In this document: piece after piece, positions 19,702 to 29,334 of the stretch
Layout: every line of letters begins with the position of its first letter
Position numbering within the stretch: position 1 is the first letter of the stretch
Assembly (NCBI GenBank): GCA_000091165.1
Contig: FP565575.1
Span: 1,080,001 to 1,112,000, forward strand
DNA from: Candidatus Methylomirabilis oxygeniifera
Lineage (GTDB): Bacteria; Methylomirabilota; Methylomirabilia; Methylomirabilales; Methylomirabilaceae
Length of the DNA: 32,000 bases
Direction: 5' to 3'
Translations under genes and position numbers: made by a program
The notes under the pieces: generated by a model
What the model was told of the DNA's origin: nothing
What the model saw: only the letters and a program-made list of their open reading frames with translations
Databases searched by the model: none

Positions 19702-20295
19702 TTACAGCTTTCGAAAAACCCCGATGACCTTTCCCAAAATCTTGACGCGCTCCCCGTTCTCGATCCTGATCGGCGCGAACTGCTCATTCTCCGGTTGGAG
19801 GATGACTGTCGCGCCGTCGAGTTGGAAGCGCTTGACCGTGACCTCGTCCTCGATCATGGCCACCACGATCTCGCCTGGGTGCGCCTCCGGCTGCGCCGTT
19901 ACGAGCACGAGGTCGCCGTCAAAGATGCGGGCATCGCGCATACTGTCGCCCTGAACCTTTAAGAGGAAAGCCTTGCCGCTACCGGTCCATTCCAGAGGAA
20001 GCGGGTAACTGGCCTCGATGTGTTCGTCGGATAGGACCGGCCTACCGGCCGTCACCCGGCCGAGCAGAGGCGTAAGAGTAGCGCGCTGTTCCCGACGCAG
20101 ATCGATAGCCCGCGCCCGTTTGGGCGTGCGCGTAAGATGGCCGGCTCGCTCCAGTCGCTCGAGATGATACTGGACGCCCCGAATGTAGATCTTCACGTGC
20201 CTGGCGATCTCGCGCTGCGTTGGTGGGGCGCCATGCCGAGCCTTATAGCTAGCGATGAAGTTCAGGATCTGCCGCTGCCGGTCGGTGAGTGCCAT
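19702..20295 (-). CDS. lexA: LexA repressor
   Basis: MALTDRQRQILNFIASYKARHGAPPTQREIARH HTH; LLKVQGDSMRDARIFDGDLVLV and EVTVKRF motifs of S24 peptidase. ORF track extends to 20397. Confidence 0.95.
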   Translation of the reverse strand: MALTDRQRQILNFIASYKARHGAPPTQREIARHVKIYIRGVQYHLERLERAGHLTRTPKRARAIDLRREQRATLTPLLGRVTAGRPVLSDEHIEASYPLPLEWTGSGKAFLLKVQGDSMRDARIFDGDLVLVTAQPEAHPGEIVVAMIEDEVTVKRFQLDGATVILQPENEQFAPIRIENGERVKILGKVIGVFRKL

Positions 20296-20329
20296 CAGGT
20301 CTCCCTGATTGTTCTTGAAATAGCGTTCA

Positions 20330-20449
20330 GCACTCAGCCGCCGGAACAGGCTGAAGACCGAAGGTAACGAGGCTGAAGGTTCCGGAAAACCCTTCAACCT
20401 TCAGTCTGCAGTCTGAACTTCCCCTGGTTGAATGCTGAAAGCTGAGTGC
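20330..20449. repeat. Nested palindromic element in the lexA leader
   Basis: GCACTCAGC (20330-20338)/GCTGAGTGC (20441-20449) and CTGAAGGTT (20373-20381)/AACCTTCAG (20396-20404). Confidence 0.65.
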
Positions 20450-20467
20450 TTACCGATACTCATATTA

Positions 20468-20485
20468 TACATTAGACTACTACGT
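20468..20485. promoter_or_regulatory. Candidate SOS (LexA) operator upstream of lexA
   Basis: TATACATTAGACTACTAC, 16/18 identical to 18762..18779 at imuA. Confidence 0.5.
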
Positions 20486-20513
20486 CAAGAAAAAATATTT
20501 GCCGGCGTAAGGA

Positions 20514-21881
20514 TCAGCTCTTCCCGCTGACCTGCAGCTCCTTGATCAGACGGGAAAGGTACGTGCGCTGCAGGCCGAGGGCGCTCGCAGCCCGCGATTG
20601 ATTGCCTCCTGAGCGGTGGAGGGCCTCCCGGATGAGCTGTCGTTTGTAGGCCACCACAGCCTCATGGAAATCGCGAGGCGTTTCTCCGGCAGGCGGCTCC
20701 GATGTGCCGGCGAGGATGGCCAGCGGAAGATCCTCTGATGTGATCCGATCATGGACACTCAGGACAACAGCCCGCTCGATGAAGTTCGCCAACTCCCTCA
20801 CGTTGCCGGGCCAGTGGTAGTGTTGCAGCAACTCCCATGCGTCCGGTGTAATCTCCTTGATTCGCTTTCCCAGGTTGCTGCTGTATCGAGCCAGAAAGTA
20901 ATTGGTCAGGGGGACAATATCTTCGGGGCGGTCTCGAAGTGGTGGAAGCGAGACGGTCACGGCATTGAGTCGAAAGAAAAGGTCCTCACGGAACAACCCC
21001 TCCCGAACCGCTTTGTCCAGGCGTCGGTTGGTGGCGGCTACGAAGCGGAGATCGACCTGTATCGGCTTTGTCCCACCGATTCGCTCAAACTCGCGCTCTT
21101 GAAGAACGCGGAGGAGCTTTGCCTGCAGGCGTGGCTTCAGGTCGCCGATCTCATCGAGGAACGCGGTACCCCCGTCGGCCAATTCCAGCTTGCCGCACTT
21201 ACGCTGATGCGCGCCCGTAAAGGCTCCACGCTCGTGACCAAACAGCTCACTTTCCAACAGATCTTCCGACAATGCCACGCAATTCACCACCACAAAAGGT
21301 TTATCCCGCCTTGGACTCCATTCGTGAATAGCCCTCGCGAACACCTCTTTCCCGGTTCCGGTTTCTCCCAACAGGAGAATCGTCGAACTGCCGGCCGCCC
21401 CCCGTCTGACTACGTCGACGGCATTCCGAATCTGTTCACTGTGTCCGATGATCGGCCGGCCTTGTCCCCTGACCTCACCGGTCAACAAAAGGTTTTCCCG
21501 CTTCAGCCCCTCCCGCTCCAATGCCTTGCCGATGACCACTTCCAGATGTCCGGGACTGAACGGCTTGGTGAGAAAGTCGTACGCGCCTACCCGCATCGCC
21601 TCCACCGCTTTTTCAATAGTGGCATACGCCGTCATGACGATGGTCGTCGTCTCCAACCCGTTCTCCCGGATCGCCTGCAACACCTCCAGTCCGCTCTTCT
21701 TCGGCATGTGCAGGTCAAGGAGGGTGATCGTCGGTAATTCCTCTCGCAGACGCACCAGCGCCTGCTCACCGTCCGACGCCTCCACGACCTCGAACCCCAT
21801 AGCCTTCAAGCGATCCCGAATCACCTCCCGGATGTCAGTATCGTCATCAACGACCAGGATCTTCGCGCGGGACATGCTCAT
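20514..21881 (-). CDS. Sigma-54-dependent NtrC-family response regulator
   Basis: MSMSRAKILVVDDDTDIREVIRD receiver; GETGTGKEVFARAIHEWS, ESELFGHERGAFTGA AAA+ motifs; C-terminal Fis-like HTH GGNQSRAASALGLQRTYLSRLIKE. Confidence 0.96.
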   Translation of the reverse strand: MSMSRAKILVVDDDTDIREVIRDRLKAMGFEVVEASDGEQALVRLREELPTITLLDLHMPKKSGLEVLQAIRENGLETTTIVMTAYATIEKAVEAMRVGAYDFLTKPFSPGHLEVVIGKALEREGLKRENLLLTGEVRGQGRPIIGHSEQIRNAVDVVRRGAAGSSTILLLGETGTGKEVFARAIHEWSPRRDKPFVVVNCVALSEDLLESELFGHERGAFTGAHQRKCGKLELADGGTAFLDEIGDLKPRLQAKLLRVLQEREFERIGGTKPIQVDLRFVAATNRRLDKAVREGLFREDLFFRLNAVTVSLPPLRDRPEDIVPLTNYFLARYSSNLGKRIKEITPDAWELLQHYHWPGNVRELANFIERAVVLSVHDRITSEDLPLAILAGTSEPPAGETPRDFHEAVVAYKRQLIREALHRSGGNQSRAASALGLQRTYLSRLIKELQVSGKS

Positions 21882-23850
21882 AGTAGGTTCTCCGTTTCGT
21901 GGAACTTCGCCATGGGTCGTCGGGGCAGGGTAAACGTGCTCCCCTGGCCAATCTGACTTGTGACTCGGATGTATCCCCATTGAAGCTCTACCAGGCTCTT
22001 GGCGATAGGAAGCCCGGGCCCTGTCCCCTTCGCCTTTGCCTGTATCCCGCGCTGGACTTGATAGGACTTATCGAAGATATGGGGAAGCTCGTCATCTGGA
22101 ATCCCTTCGCCGGTGTCGGTCACGGAAATGTCGACCCGCTCGCCGGTGCCAGGGCTTTCGGGTGTGGAGTTGTGGGTGTCAGGTCCTGGACTCAACACTG
22201 ACACTCGACAGTTCCAACTTGTCGCGCAGTCACGGTGATCTGTTTGCTGTGTGGTGTAAACTTGATCGCGTTCCCGATGAGGTTCATCAGGATCTGGCTG
22301 ACTTTGTCGCGATCGGCATACACAATCAACGGAGCTTCTGTGTCGGCAAGTTGAAGCCGCAGATCCTTTTCCGTCGCCATCGGTCGAAGCGTCTCCAGCA
22401 GTTCGCCGGCAAGCCCGGTCACAGAAAAGAAGGTCGGGGTTATCCGGACCCGGCCTTCCTCGATCCGAGCCAGGTCAAGCAGATCATTGATAAGTCGAAC
22501 AAGTTGGTCGACATTGCTCTTCACGCGCTGTAGGTACCGTTGTTGAGGCTCGCTGAGCGGCCCCGTGATTTCATCCAGCATATTGTCGACCGAGCCCTTA
22601 ATGGCAGTCAGCGGGGTGCGAAGCTCGTGGGAGACGTTGAGCAAGAAATGAGATTTGGCCCGGTCAAGCTCCTGCAGTCGCCGATGTGACGCCTCCAGCG
22701 CCTGATTCATCTCCGACAAATCTCTGGTCCTTTTCGCGATCTTATCCTCCAGGCTGATATTCAGCTTTTCAATCTCATGGTAGGCGGAAGCATTGTCGAT
22801 CGCTAGCGCGGCTTGCCGTGCGAGTCCATCCATGAGTCGAATCTGTTCCGGCGTACATGTATGCGATTTCTCCCACCACACCAGGAATAGGCCGCCGATG
22901 ACTCGGTCCTTGACGATCATAGGTGCGAAGAGGCAGGATCGAAACCCAAGACGTCGAATAGCCGGATGTGCATAGCGCGGGTCGGCCGGTACGTCATTGG
23001 AGTGGACGGGCGCTCTCCGTTCAAACCCCTCTTGGGCAAGCGGCAAGGCCTGCAGAGAAAGAGGAATCCGCTGAAACGGTTCGGATACCCACTCCGGGAG
23101 GTTATAGCCGCCAAAGGGGCGGATGACTCCCTGCTCGGAATCGAAGAGGTAGGTGCCGGAGCTGTCAGCCTCAGCCGCGAGTGCCGCCTCTTTTGCGACG
23201 CGCAAGAGCGTCTCCTTGAGATCCAATGTGGAACCGACGGATCGACTGACCGCAAGCAGCGTCTCACACGCACGCAACCGCTCCTGGGTTGCCTGAAACA
23301 GCCTGGCGTTGTCGATGGCCAGAGCCACCTGACTGGCGATGGCACTGGCCAGGCGTACCTGGATATCGGTAAACGGCTTACCCTCTTCCATCTGGTGCAG
23401 AACAAGCACGCCGATCACCCTGTCCTGACGAATAAGCGGAACGGACAGAAGGGCCTTCAGCCTGAACGCTTCGATCCACCGAGTTGGCAATAAGCCGCTG
23501 CTTGCCGGATGATCCAGGACGATGGGGGCGCGTCGTTCGATTGTGGCGATGATGGCCAGGATCTGCTCTCCCTTCTGACTCCCTAATTGTGTGAACTGTT
23601 CCCAGAGTTCATCGAGCCGCTCCCCTGAGGCGGCTTGAGACATGACCGGGACTACTCGCTCATCTGACGCATCGCAGAGGAAGATCGAGCAGACATCTGC
23701 CCCGCAGGCCGCAGCGGCGCGTTGAGCGATAATCTTCAGCAGTTCTTTGAGGTCAAGCGTGGAAGAGACTGCCTGGGCGATTTCCAGCAAGACAGCCGGC
23801 GTTGTACGCTCATGGCCGAGCACAGGAGAGGCAAAAGGTAGTACGCTCAC
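21878..23850 (-). pseudogene. Two-GAF-domain sensor histidine kinase, frame-disrupted inside the ATPase domain
   Basis: 22192..23850 encodes GAF-GAF-HisKA-N box and stops at ARQVGTVECQC; 21878..22204 continues in another frame with ERVDISVTDTGEGIPDDELPHIFDKSYQ...GTGPGLPIAKSLVELQ. Confidence 0.88.
22159..22212. repeat. Short low-complexity inverted repeat at the kinase disruption
   Basis: GTGTCAG (22176-22182)/CTGACAC (22198-22204) inside GGTGTGGAGTTGTGGGTGTCAGG..CTCAACACTGACACTCGAC. Confidence 0.5.
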
Positions 23851-24255
23851 ACCGTTCCCTCGATTACTGCCGGCTGAGTGAAGTGACGCACTTAGATTTG
23901 TGAGTCAAGGATGTGGCTCACGGCCGCTTGTTACCGACGGATGATCGTATGAAGTGGAGCGCTCGATCTGCGAGTACGGTGCGCGATAGCCACGGCGCGT
24001 CTTCCGCGACCGGATAGAAGCGACTCCAGTGGTGTTGACGAGAGTGTACACGTAATTCCAAGGACAGGCTCTTTTCTTAGCTGCTGCGATACCGCTTGTC
24101 AAGGAAAAACCCCCGCGGACCAGGCCCGCAAAGCATCCAATTCCGCTTGACAACCCTGAGCGAAATGAATGAGAATCCTTCATTCTTCCACACGGCTTTG
24201 TCAACACACATCAACGATTCTCCCAAACATACCGGCTCAAAGGAGGAGGTGTTCG

Positions 24256-25479
24256 ATGCGTGTCTCCCGCCTGCTTTACCGACTGCCGATTGTGTTCCTC
24301 TGCTTTGACGCCGGTTGCGCCTCGCTCGATCAGCCATCTCGCGATCTTCTCAGACTGTCACTGCCCGATCAGGCACAGCGCTACGACAAGTTCAAGGACA
24401 ATAAGGAATTAGTCGAGCGCTTTCTCGCTTGCAGCGGTGAGACCTACCAGCCGTCCGGTGCTCAGCCGCCTGATCTGAGTGCCTCCGCGTTTGGCGCAGA
24501 GCCGGAGCGCGCGGCACACAGGGCGGCGGCGCTGGTTAGTAATGCCCTCGATCTCACGCTTCACGAGGCCCGCCAAGAGCTGCGAGCGCAGATCCGAACG
24601 CAGATCAAAGACCTAGTCGATGTGAACGAACATACGATCCCGCACGGCGCGCTCGCTGTGAAGCTCAAGGAACGGTTGAAGCATGTCTCGATCGGTGTCG
24701 GTGCGCAACGAGTGGCGCTCCATCGATATGCCAAGCTCCTGGCCGCCACGCCTCAGTTAGTTGAATACCTGCATGCACGGATTCAGGACGACGAAGACCG
24801 AATCGCTCAGACAGGAACGCGTTTCGAACGCCTGTTGGTGGCCTACAACAAAGCCTATTTCGGTGAGATCGCATTCAAGGAGGCATCGGGCGCCGTCGGG
24901 GCGGAGGCGTCGCACATACGGATCAAGAAGATTGTGCGGAGCGTCTCCGACGGATTTGTAGACCGTAACGGCGCAAGACTCGCGTTCCCTGGACTACCCC
25001 TTGACGAGTTGAAGTCAACGCAGGGCCTACGGGTTCATGTCGGGTCGGCCGATTCTCGTCGTGTCGCGTCGGACCTGACCCGGATCTTCGTGGAGGCGCT
25101 ATTCGATGCGGCCTTTCAGGTTCCGGCGATCGACGGGGCTACAGCTCTAAAGATTACCGGGTTTGGATTCCCGCGGTTTGACGCCGAGAATCCACCGATC
25201 CCGGTTGACGATTTTGCGAAGCTCACCACCGATGGCCTGCGAACCGAAGCTGCGATCACCTCGCATATCGGGGAGTTGGTGCGGGGCGGAGGAGGTCTTG
25301 GTATCAATAATGAGACGCTCGCAAGCATGATCGAGACCGCCGCCGGTGTCATCGCCAGGAAGCTGACGGAACACGAGCTGTTTTGTTACTACCGTGCCAC
25401 ATCGGGCACAGCGCATGCGGGAAGCTCCGACACACACGATAGCGTACAGCGGGTCGCCGAAGACCTTGACTACCAGTAA
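24256..25479 (+). CDS. Putative lipoprotein of unknown function
   Basis: MRVSRLLYRLPIVFLCFDAGCASLDQ lipobox-like signal; SD AGGAGGAGG 6 nt upstream of ATG; long ORF. Confidence 0.82.
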   Translation: MRVSRLLYRLPIVFLCFDAGCASLDQPSRDLLRLSLPDQAQRYDKFKDNKELVERFLACSGETYQPSGAQPPDLSASAFGAEPERAAHRAAALVSNALDLTLHEARQELRAQIRTQIKDLVDVNEHTIPHGALAVKLKERLKHVSIGVGAQRVALHRYAKLLAATPQLVEYLHARIQDDEDRIAQTGTRFERLLVAYNKAYFGEIAFKEASGAVGAEASHIRIKKIVRSVSDGFVDRNGARLAFPGLPLDELKSTQGLRVHVGSADSRRVASDLTRIFVEALFDAAFQVPAIDGATALKITGFGFPRFDAENPPIPVDDFAKLTTDGLRTEAAITSHIGELVRGGGGLGINNETLASMIETAAGVIARKLTEHELFCYYRATSGTAHAGSSDTHDSVQRVAEDLDYQ

Positions 25480-25554
25480 GACACGCGCTCCGGAGAGCAG
25501 GCTCATCGTTCGGCTGGCGGTTAACCAACCTTTTCGAGATGATGGAGGAGCGAC

Positions 25555-25782
25555 ATGGAATATGTTGTGGTCACCTACCCAACAAAGCGGAACATTCGCA
25601 TCGATGGACAGATCGCAGGGCAATGTAACGATACGCTCATGGTGGAAAGGGGCCACCATAAGTTTGACCTGGGAGAACCGCAGGACTATCAACCGGCAGC
25701 CGTCGAAAAGAAGGTCCAAGACACGACGGGGATCAGTCCCATGATTATCGACGACTTTCATCCTGCGGGAGGTGTGGTATGA
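25555..25782 (+). CDS. Small hypothetical protein (75 aa) between lipoprotein and patatin genes
   Basis: MEYVVVTYPTKRNIRIDGQIAGQCNDTLMVERGHHKFDLGEPQDYQP; stop overlaps the downstream ATG; PEGA-like flavour. Confidence 0.75.
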   Translation: MEYVVVTYPTKRNIRIDGQIAGQCNDTLMVERGHHKFDLGEPQDYQPAAVEKKVQDTTGISPMIIDDFHPAGGVV

Positions 25783-27203
25783 GGAGGCGGTTCCAAAGAG
25801 CCTTCGCGGCCGTCTTCATTATCGCTTTGGCAGGGTGTGCCACGTATCCAGCCAATCCCCGGCTTGTCCAATACGACACGAAGTCTGGGTATCGTTTTGA
25901 AAATCTCACGGCATCTGGAAATTCCGACAGCCTTTTCGTCATCCTCACCTTCTCGGGAGGAGGGACTCGAGCGGCAGCGCTGTCTTATGGTGTGATGGAG
26001 AAGCTGCGCGATGTAAAAATCCGGTGGGAGGGTGAGGAACGACGACTGCTCGACGAAGTGGACGCCATCTCTTCCGTGTCGGGGGGTAGCTTCACCGCCG
26101 CCTATTACGCCTTATTCAGAGATGAGCTCTTTGATCCGGAGAAGTTCCGAAAGGTCTTTTTATACCGGGACATCGAGGCGGAACTTAAGGCATTGCTGTT
26201 CAACCCGATCAACTGGGTCCGGCTGGCCTCACCTACCTTTGGACGCATCGAACTTGCCGCCGAGTTGTACGATCGGGAGATCTTCAGAGAGAAAAGCTTC
26301 GGCGACCTGATCAACCAGGCCCATCGGCCTTTCACGATGATCAATGCGACCGACATCACTATGGGCTCGCAGTTTACCTTCATCCAGGATCAGTTCGACC
26401 TTCTATGCTCCGACCTCAGCGGTGTGCAGGTAGCGCGGGCCGTGGCGGCTTCATCCAACTTTCCCATCGCGTTCAGTCCTCTCACGGTCAACAATTATGC
26501 CGGGACTTGCCGCTATCGGGAACCACCCTGGATGGATGAGGCGTCGAAGGACCTCCTGCCCAACCCGCCCCGCTTCAACCGCGCGCGTATCGCGCGCTCA
26601 TATCTGAATCGAGGCCAGCGCGAGTATATTCACCTACTCGACGGGGGCGTAGCCGACAACATCGGTCTGCGTGGTCCGCTGGTGGCCGTTCGCTCGAACG
26701 ACCCGTCGTGGAGCCTGCCAAACAAAATTACTTTAGGAAAGGTGAAGAGGCTTCTAGTCATTGTTGTTGATGCTCGCACCGACCCCAAGACCGCCATCGA
26801 TAAAAAGCCGAGCGGGCCTGGACTGAGAACAATCGTTGACATTATTGCTTCTGTTCCAATGGCCAACTACTCATTCGACACTGTGCAGGAGCTCCTTGAT
26901 GAATTTAATCAATGGCGCACGGACAGAGACACCTACGCTGGCTGCAAGGCTATTCTGGAACGTACATGCCCAGCGACTCATATGCCAACCGGGCCGCCCC
27001 CGCCTATAGAGACGTATGGGATCTACGTTGGTTTTGACCAGATCAAGGATGCGCAAGAACGGGACTACTACCTGAACCTGCCGACAACCTTCTATCTGCC
27101 ACAGAAGGCAGTGGACCAACTGCGAGAAATCGGACCGAAGATGCTCGAGGAATCGAAAGAATTTCAGCGCCTTTTGAGAGATCTCAACAGCGAGGGTAGC
27201 TAG
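25779..27203 (+). CDS. Patatin-like phospholipase family lipoprotein
   Basis: Lipobox ALAGC; oxyanion and nucleophile-region motifs TFSGGGTRAAALSYGVMEKL, SSVSGGSFTAAYYA (GxSxG-like SGGS), DGGVADNIGLRG. Confidence 0.9.
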   Translation: MRRRFQRAFAAVFIIALAGCATYPANPRLVQYDTKSGYRFENLTASGNSDSLFVILTFSGGGTRAAALSYGVMEKLRDVKIRWEGEERRLLDEVDAISSVSGGSFTAAYYALFRDELFDPEKFRKVFLYRDIEAELKALLFNPINWVRLASPTFGRIELAAELYDREIFREKSFGDLINQAHRPFTMINATDITMGSQFTFIQDQFDLLCSDLSGVQVARAVAASSNFPIAFSPLTVNNYAGTCRYREPPWMDEASKDLLPNPPRFNRARIARSYLNRGQREYIHLLDGGVADNIGLRGPLVAVRSNDPSWSLPNKITLGKVKRLLVIVVDARTDPKTAIDKKPSGPGLRTIVDIIASVPMANYSFDTVQELLDEFNQWRTDRDTYAGCKAILERTCPATHMPTGPPPPIETYGIYVGFDQIKDAQERDYYLNLPTTFYLPQKAVDQLREIGPKMLEESKEFQRLLRDLNSEGS

Positions 27204-27726
27204 TTGAAAGTCCCGCAGATCACATCCACGCAGGACCTCATCCCATCTTGGGCGACGCCAACAACCGAGGCGCCGACACGACCCATGGCGACTTTGGGGA
27301 GGATGACAAGACCAGGAAACTGGCAGACAGGTTACGGAGACAGAGATCCCTCTCGCTCATGCGGCTCCAGGACATGAGTGACGTGCAACGGGTGGCCGGA
27401 AGCTTCCCGTGCAACAGCCCTCGGATAAGTAGAAACCCCGTGAAGGATTTCAGGTATACAGGTTGTTGATAAAGTCTCTTACGGGTGAGACGGCTTCGAA
27501 GGAGTCAGGGAAACGTGCGTATGGGCGGCCTCGTTACGGTCCGCCGCAAGGTTGGGGTCAATGTCGGTTCCTCCAATGAAACCAGGGTAGCGGACCAGCC
27601 AGTCAATGATGAGCGGGATATTCGAATCGTAGGCCTTCACGTGGAGGCCCCAGACGGTGGTGTCTCATGATGGCTGCAGGCTGTAGGTTACGGCGACCGC
27701 CACCCGTCGTCCGTCCCGTTCCTGGT

Positions 27727-28122
27727 TTACACCGTACTCTCCCGTCCCCGGACGTCATCACTGACATGAGAAGCTATCCGCCCTCGGTTCTCGTGAAGAG
27801 GGAGAGGGGACCGGGTGCGGATCATTTGCACTGTTCGCTTTTGCGCGCCCTCCGGTCTCGGCCTAGACGAGCGCGGAGCCGGCGGCGGGGTAACTGGGAT
27901 GACGTTAGTCCGAACAGCGCTCGCAGGCCGCGTGGGGGAGGTGTCCACGAGCCCAGGCGCCAACGCTCCGAGCGTCATCGCCAGCACCCCGATACCGACC
28001 CATCGGGTGGTGCGTCGCTCCGACCAGCCGGCTGGGGAGCAACTGCGACAGCTGTGATCCGACGCGCTGATCATCAGCATGGCCTTGTCCGGCCCCATTG
28101 GTCGCCTGAAACGCTGCTCCAT
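27727..28122 (-). CDS. Possible small membrane/exported protein
   Basis: 131-aa ORF with one hydrophobic stretch (WVGIGVLAMTLGALAPGLV); no recognised family, may be spurious. Confidence 0.3.
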   Translation of the reverse strand: MEQRFRRPMGPDKAMLMISASDHSCRSCSPAGWSERRTTRWVGIGVLAMTLGALAPGLVDTSPTRPASAVRTNVIPVTPPPAPRSSRPRPEGAQKRTVQMIRTRSPLPLHENRGRIASHVSDDVRGRESTV

Positions 28123-28180
28123 GTTATCCCCGCTGGATCACAATCACGGGGTGCGATTGTTCTAAGGTTGCTAATAAGGC

Positions 28181-29131
28181 TTAGTCCTGGGGTAGTCTCA
28201 CGGCGAAGGTAGCACCTCGCCCTTCCCCATCAGAGTGCGCATGGATCGACCCACCATGAAGTTCCACCAGATACTTCGTCAAGGCAAGCCCGAGACCGGT
28301 CCCCTGATAGTGCTTGACGGTCGGCGCCTGAAGCTGCGTGAAGCGCTGGAAAAGCTTTGATAGATCCTCTGCGCTGATGCCGATCCCGGTATCGGCTACC
28401 GTGATCTCCACGATCTTTTTTCCGCTCGTTCTTTCGGGACCTGTATGTTCGGTCGTCAGTAGTACAGATGGTACGACCCTCGACGTCACTAAAATTCTCC
28501 CCCCCTTGTGGCTAAACTTGATCGCATTCGATAGGAGGTTGTAAAGAATCTGCTTGAATCGGGTCGGATCGGCATTTATTAGTGAGATCCCGTCCTCTAC
28601 GGTCACTTCGATGTTCTGGTGTTTCTGATCGGCTTGCGGACGGAGGGTGCCAACCGTCGTCTCGATCACCTCCTGGAGCACGAACGGTTCGGGCTCTATA
28701 ATCAACTTGCCGGCTTCGATCTTGGAGAGGTCCAGCAGATCGTTGAGAAGAGTCAGCAGATGCCGACTGCTCAGCAGAATGTTCCCGACAAAGTGCGCCT
28801 GCTTTTCGTTCAGCGTACCGAAGGCCCCGCTTTGGAGTAGCTCGGTAAATCCGATGATCGAGGAGAGCGGGGTTCGGAGTTCGTGCGAGATATTGGCAAG
28901 AAAGGCCGACTTCTGACGCGTCGCCTCCTCAGCCCGTTCGATTCCACGCAACAGCTCGGTATTAGCCGCCTGCAGAGGTCGAGTCCGCCTCGCTATAGTT
29001 GTCTTAAGCTCAAGAGCGGTCATTTGTTCTCCCCCACAAAGCCGACCAAGTATCGCCTTAGCATGGCTTTTCCGGATGCCAATTCCCAGCTCCATTTTGT
29101 ATCCCCTCGTCAATTGCGATTCCATCTTCAT
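28181..29131 (-). CDS. Orphan sensor histidine kinase without recognisable input domain
   Basis: KSAFLANISHELRTPLSSIIGFTELLQ H box; LLSNAIKFSHKGG N box; DTGIGISAEDLSKLFQRF; GTGLGLALTKYLVELHGG. Confidence 0.93.
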   Translation of the reverse strand: MKMESQLTRGYKMELGIGIRKSHAKAILGRLCGGEQMTALELKTTIARRTRPLQAANTELLRGIERAEEATRQKSAFLANISHELRTPLSSIIGFTELLQSGAFGTLNEKQAHFVGNILLSSRHLLTLLNDLLDLSKIEAGKLIIEPEPFVLQEVIETTVGTLRPQADQKHQNIEVTVEDGISLINADPTRFKQILYNLLSNAIKFSHKGGRILVTSRVVPSVLLTTEHTGPERTSGKKIVEITVADTGIGISAEDLSKLFQRFTQLQAPTVKHYQGTGLGLALTKYLVELHGGSIHAHSDGEGRGATFAVRLPQD

Positions 29132-29166
29132 TGAGCCATCCTTCTCATCTCAATACTCATCCTTAG

Positions 29167-29326
29167 TAACAAGCGGTGTGCCAACAACCAAAGCTCACAG
29201 CATATTTCTCTAACTCTGCGTGTTTATTGGCTGTATGGAGAGAACCGGTCAGAAGCAGAAGAGGATCAGATGTACGAGGTAAGTTTCAAGTGAAATGGGC
29301 TGTTTCAGTCGGTTTCACGCTGAAAC
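29167..29326 (-). promoter_or_regulatory. Duplicated upstream region, copy 1: sigma-54-like promoter and palindromic upstream sites
   Basis: Minus strand TTGGCACACCGCTTGTT at 29168-29184; TTTCAAGTGAAA (29284-29295) and GTTTCACGCTGAAAC (29312-29326); homologous to 31675..31834 at constant 2508-bp offset. Confidence 0.6.
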
Positions 29327-29334
29327 GTGAATCG

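Noticed and set aside
20468-20485. Xanthomonas-type LexA box (TTAG-N6-TACTA)
   Set aside because: The lexA-upstream site contains TTAGACTACTA, but the spacing is 2 nt rather than 6 and the imuA copy has AAGACTAATAC, so the known motif is not matched.
20751-21737. Plus-strand 328-aa ORF
   Set aside because: Antisense to the NtrC-family regulator; composition of a mirror ORF.
27204-27700. Possible structured RNA or group II intron remnant downstream of the patatin gene
   Set aside because: No domain V-like hairpin, intron boundary motif or reverse transcriptase; small ORFs there are unsupported.
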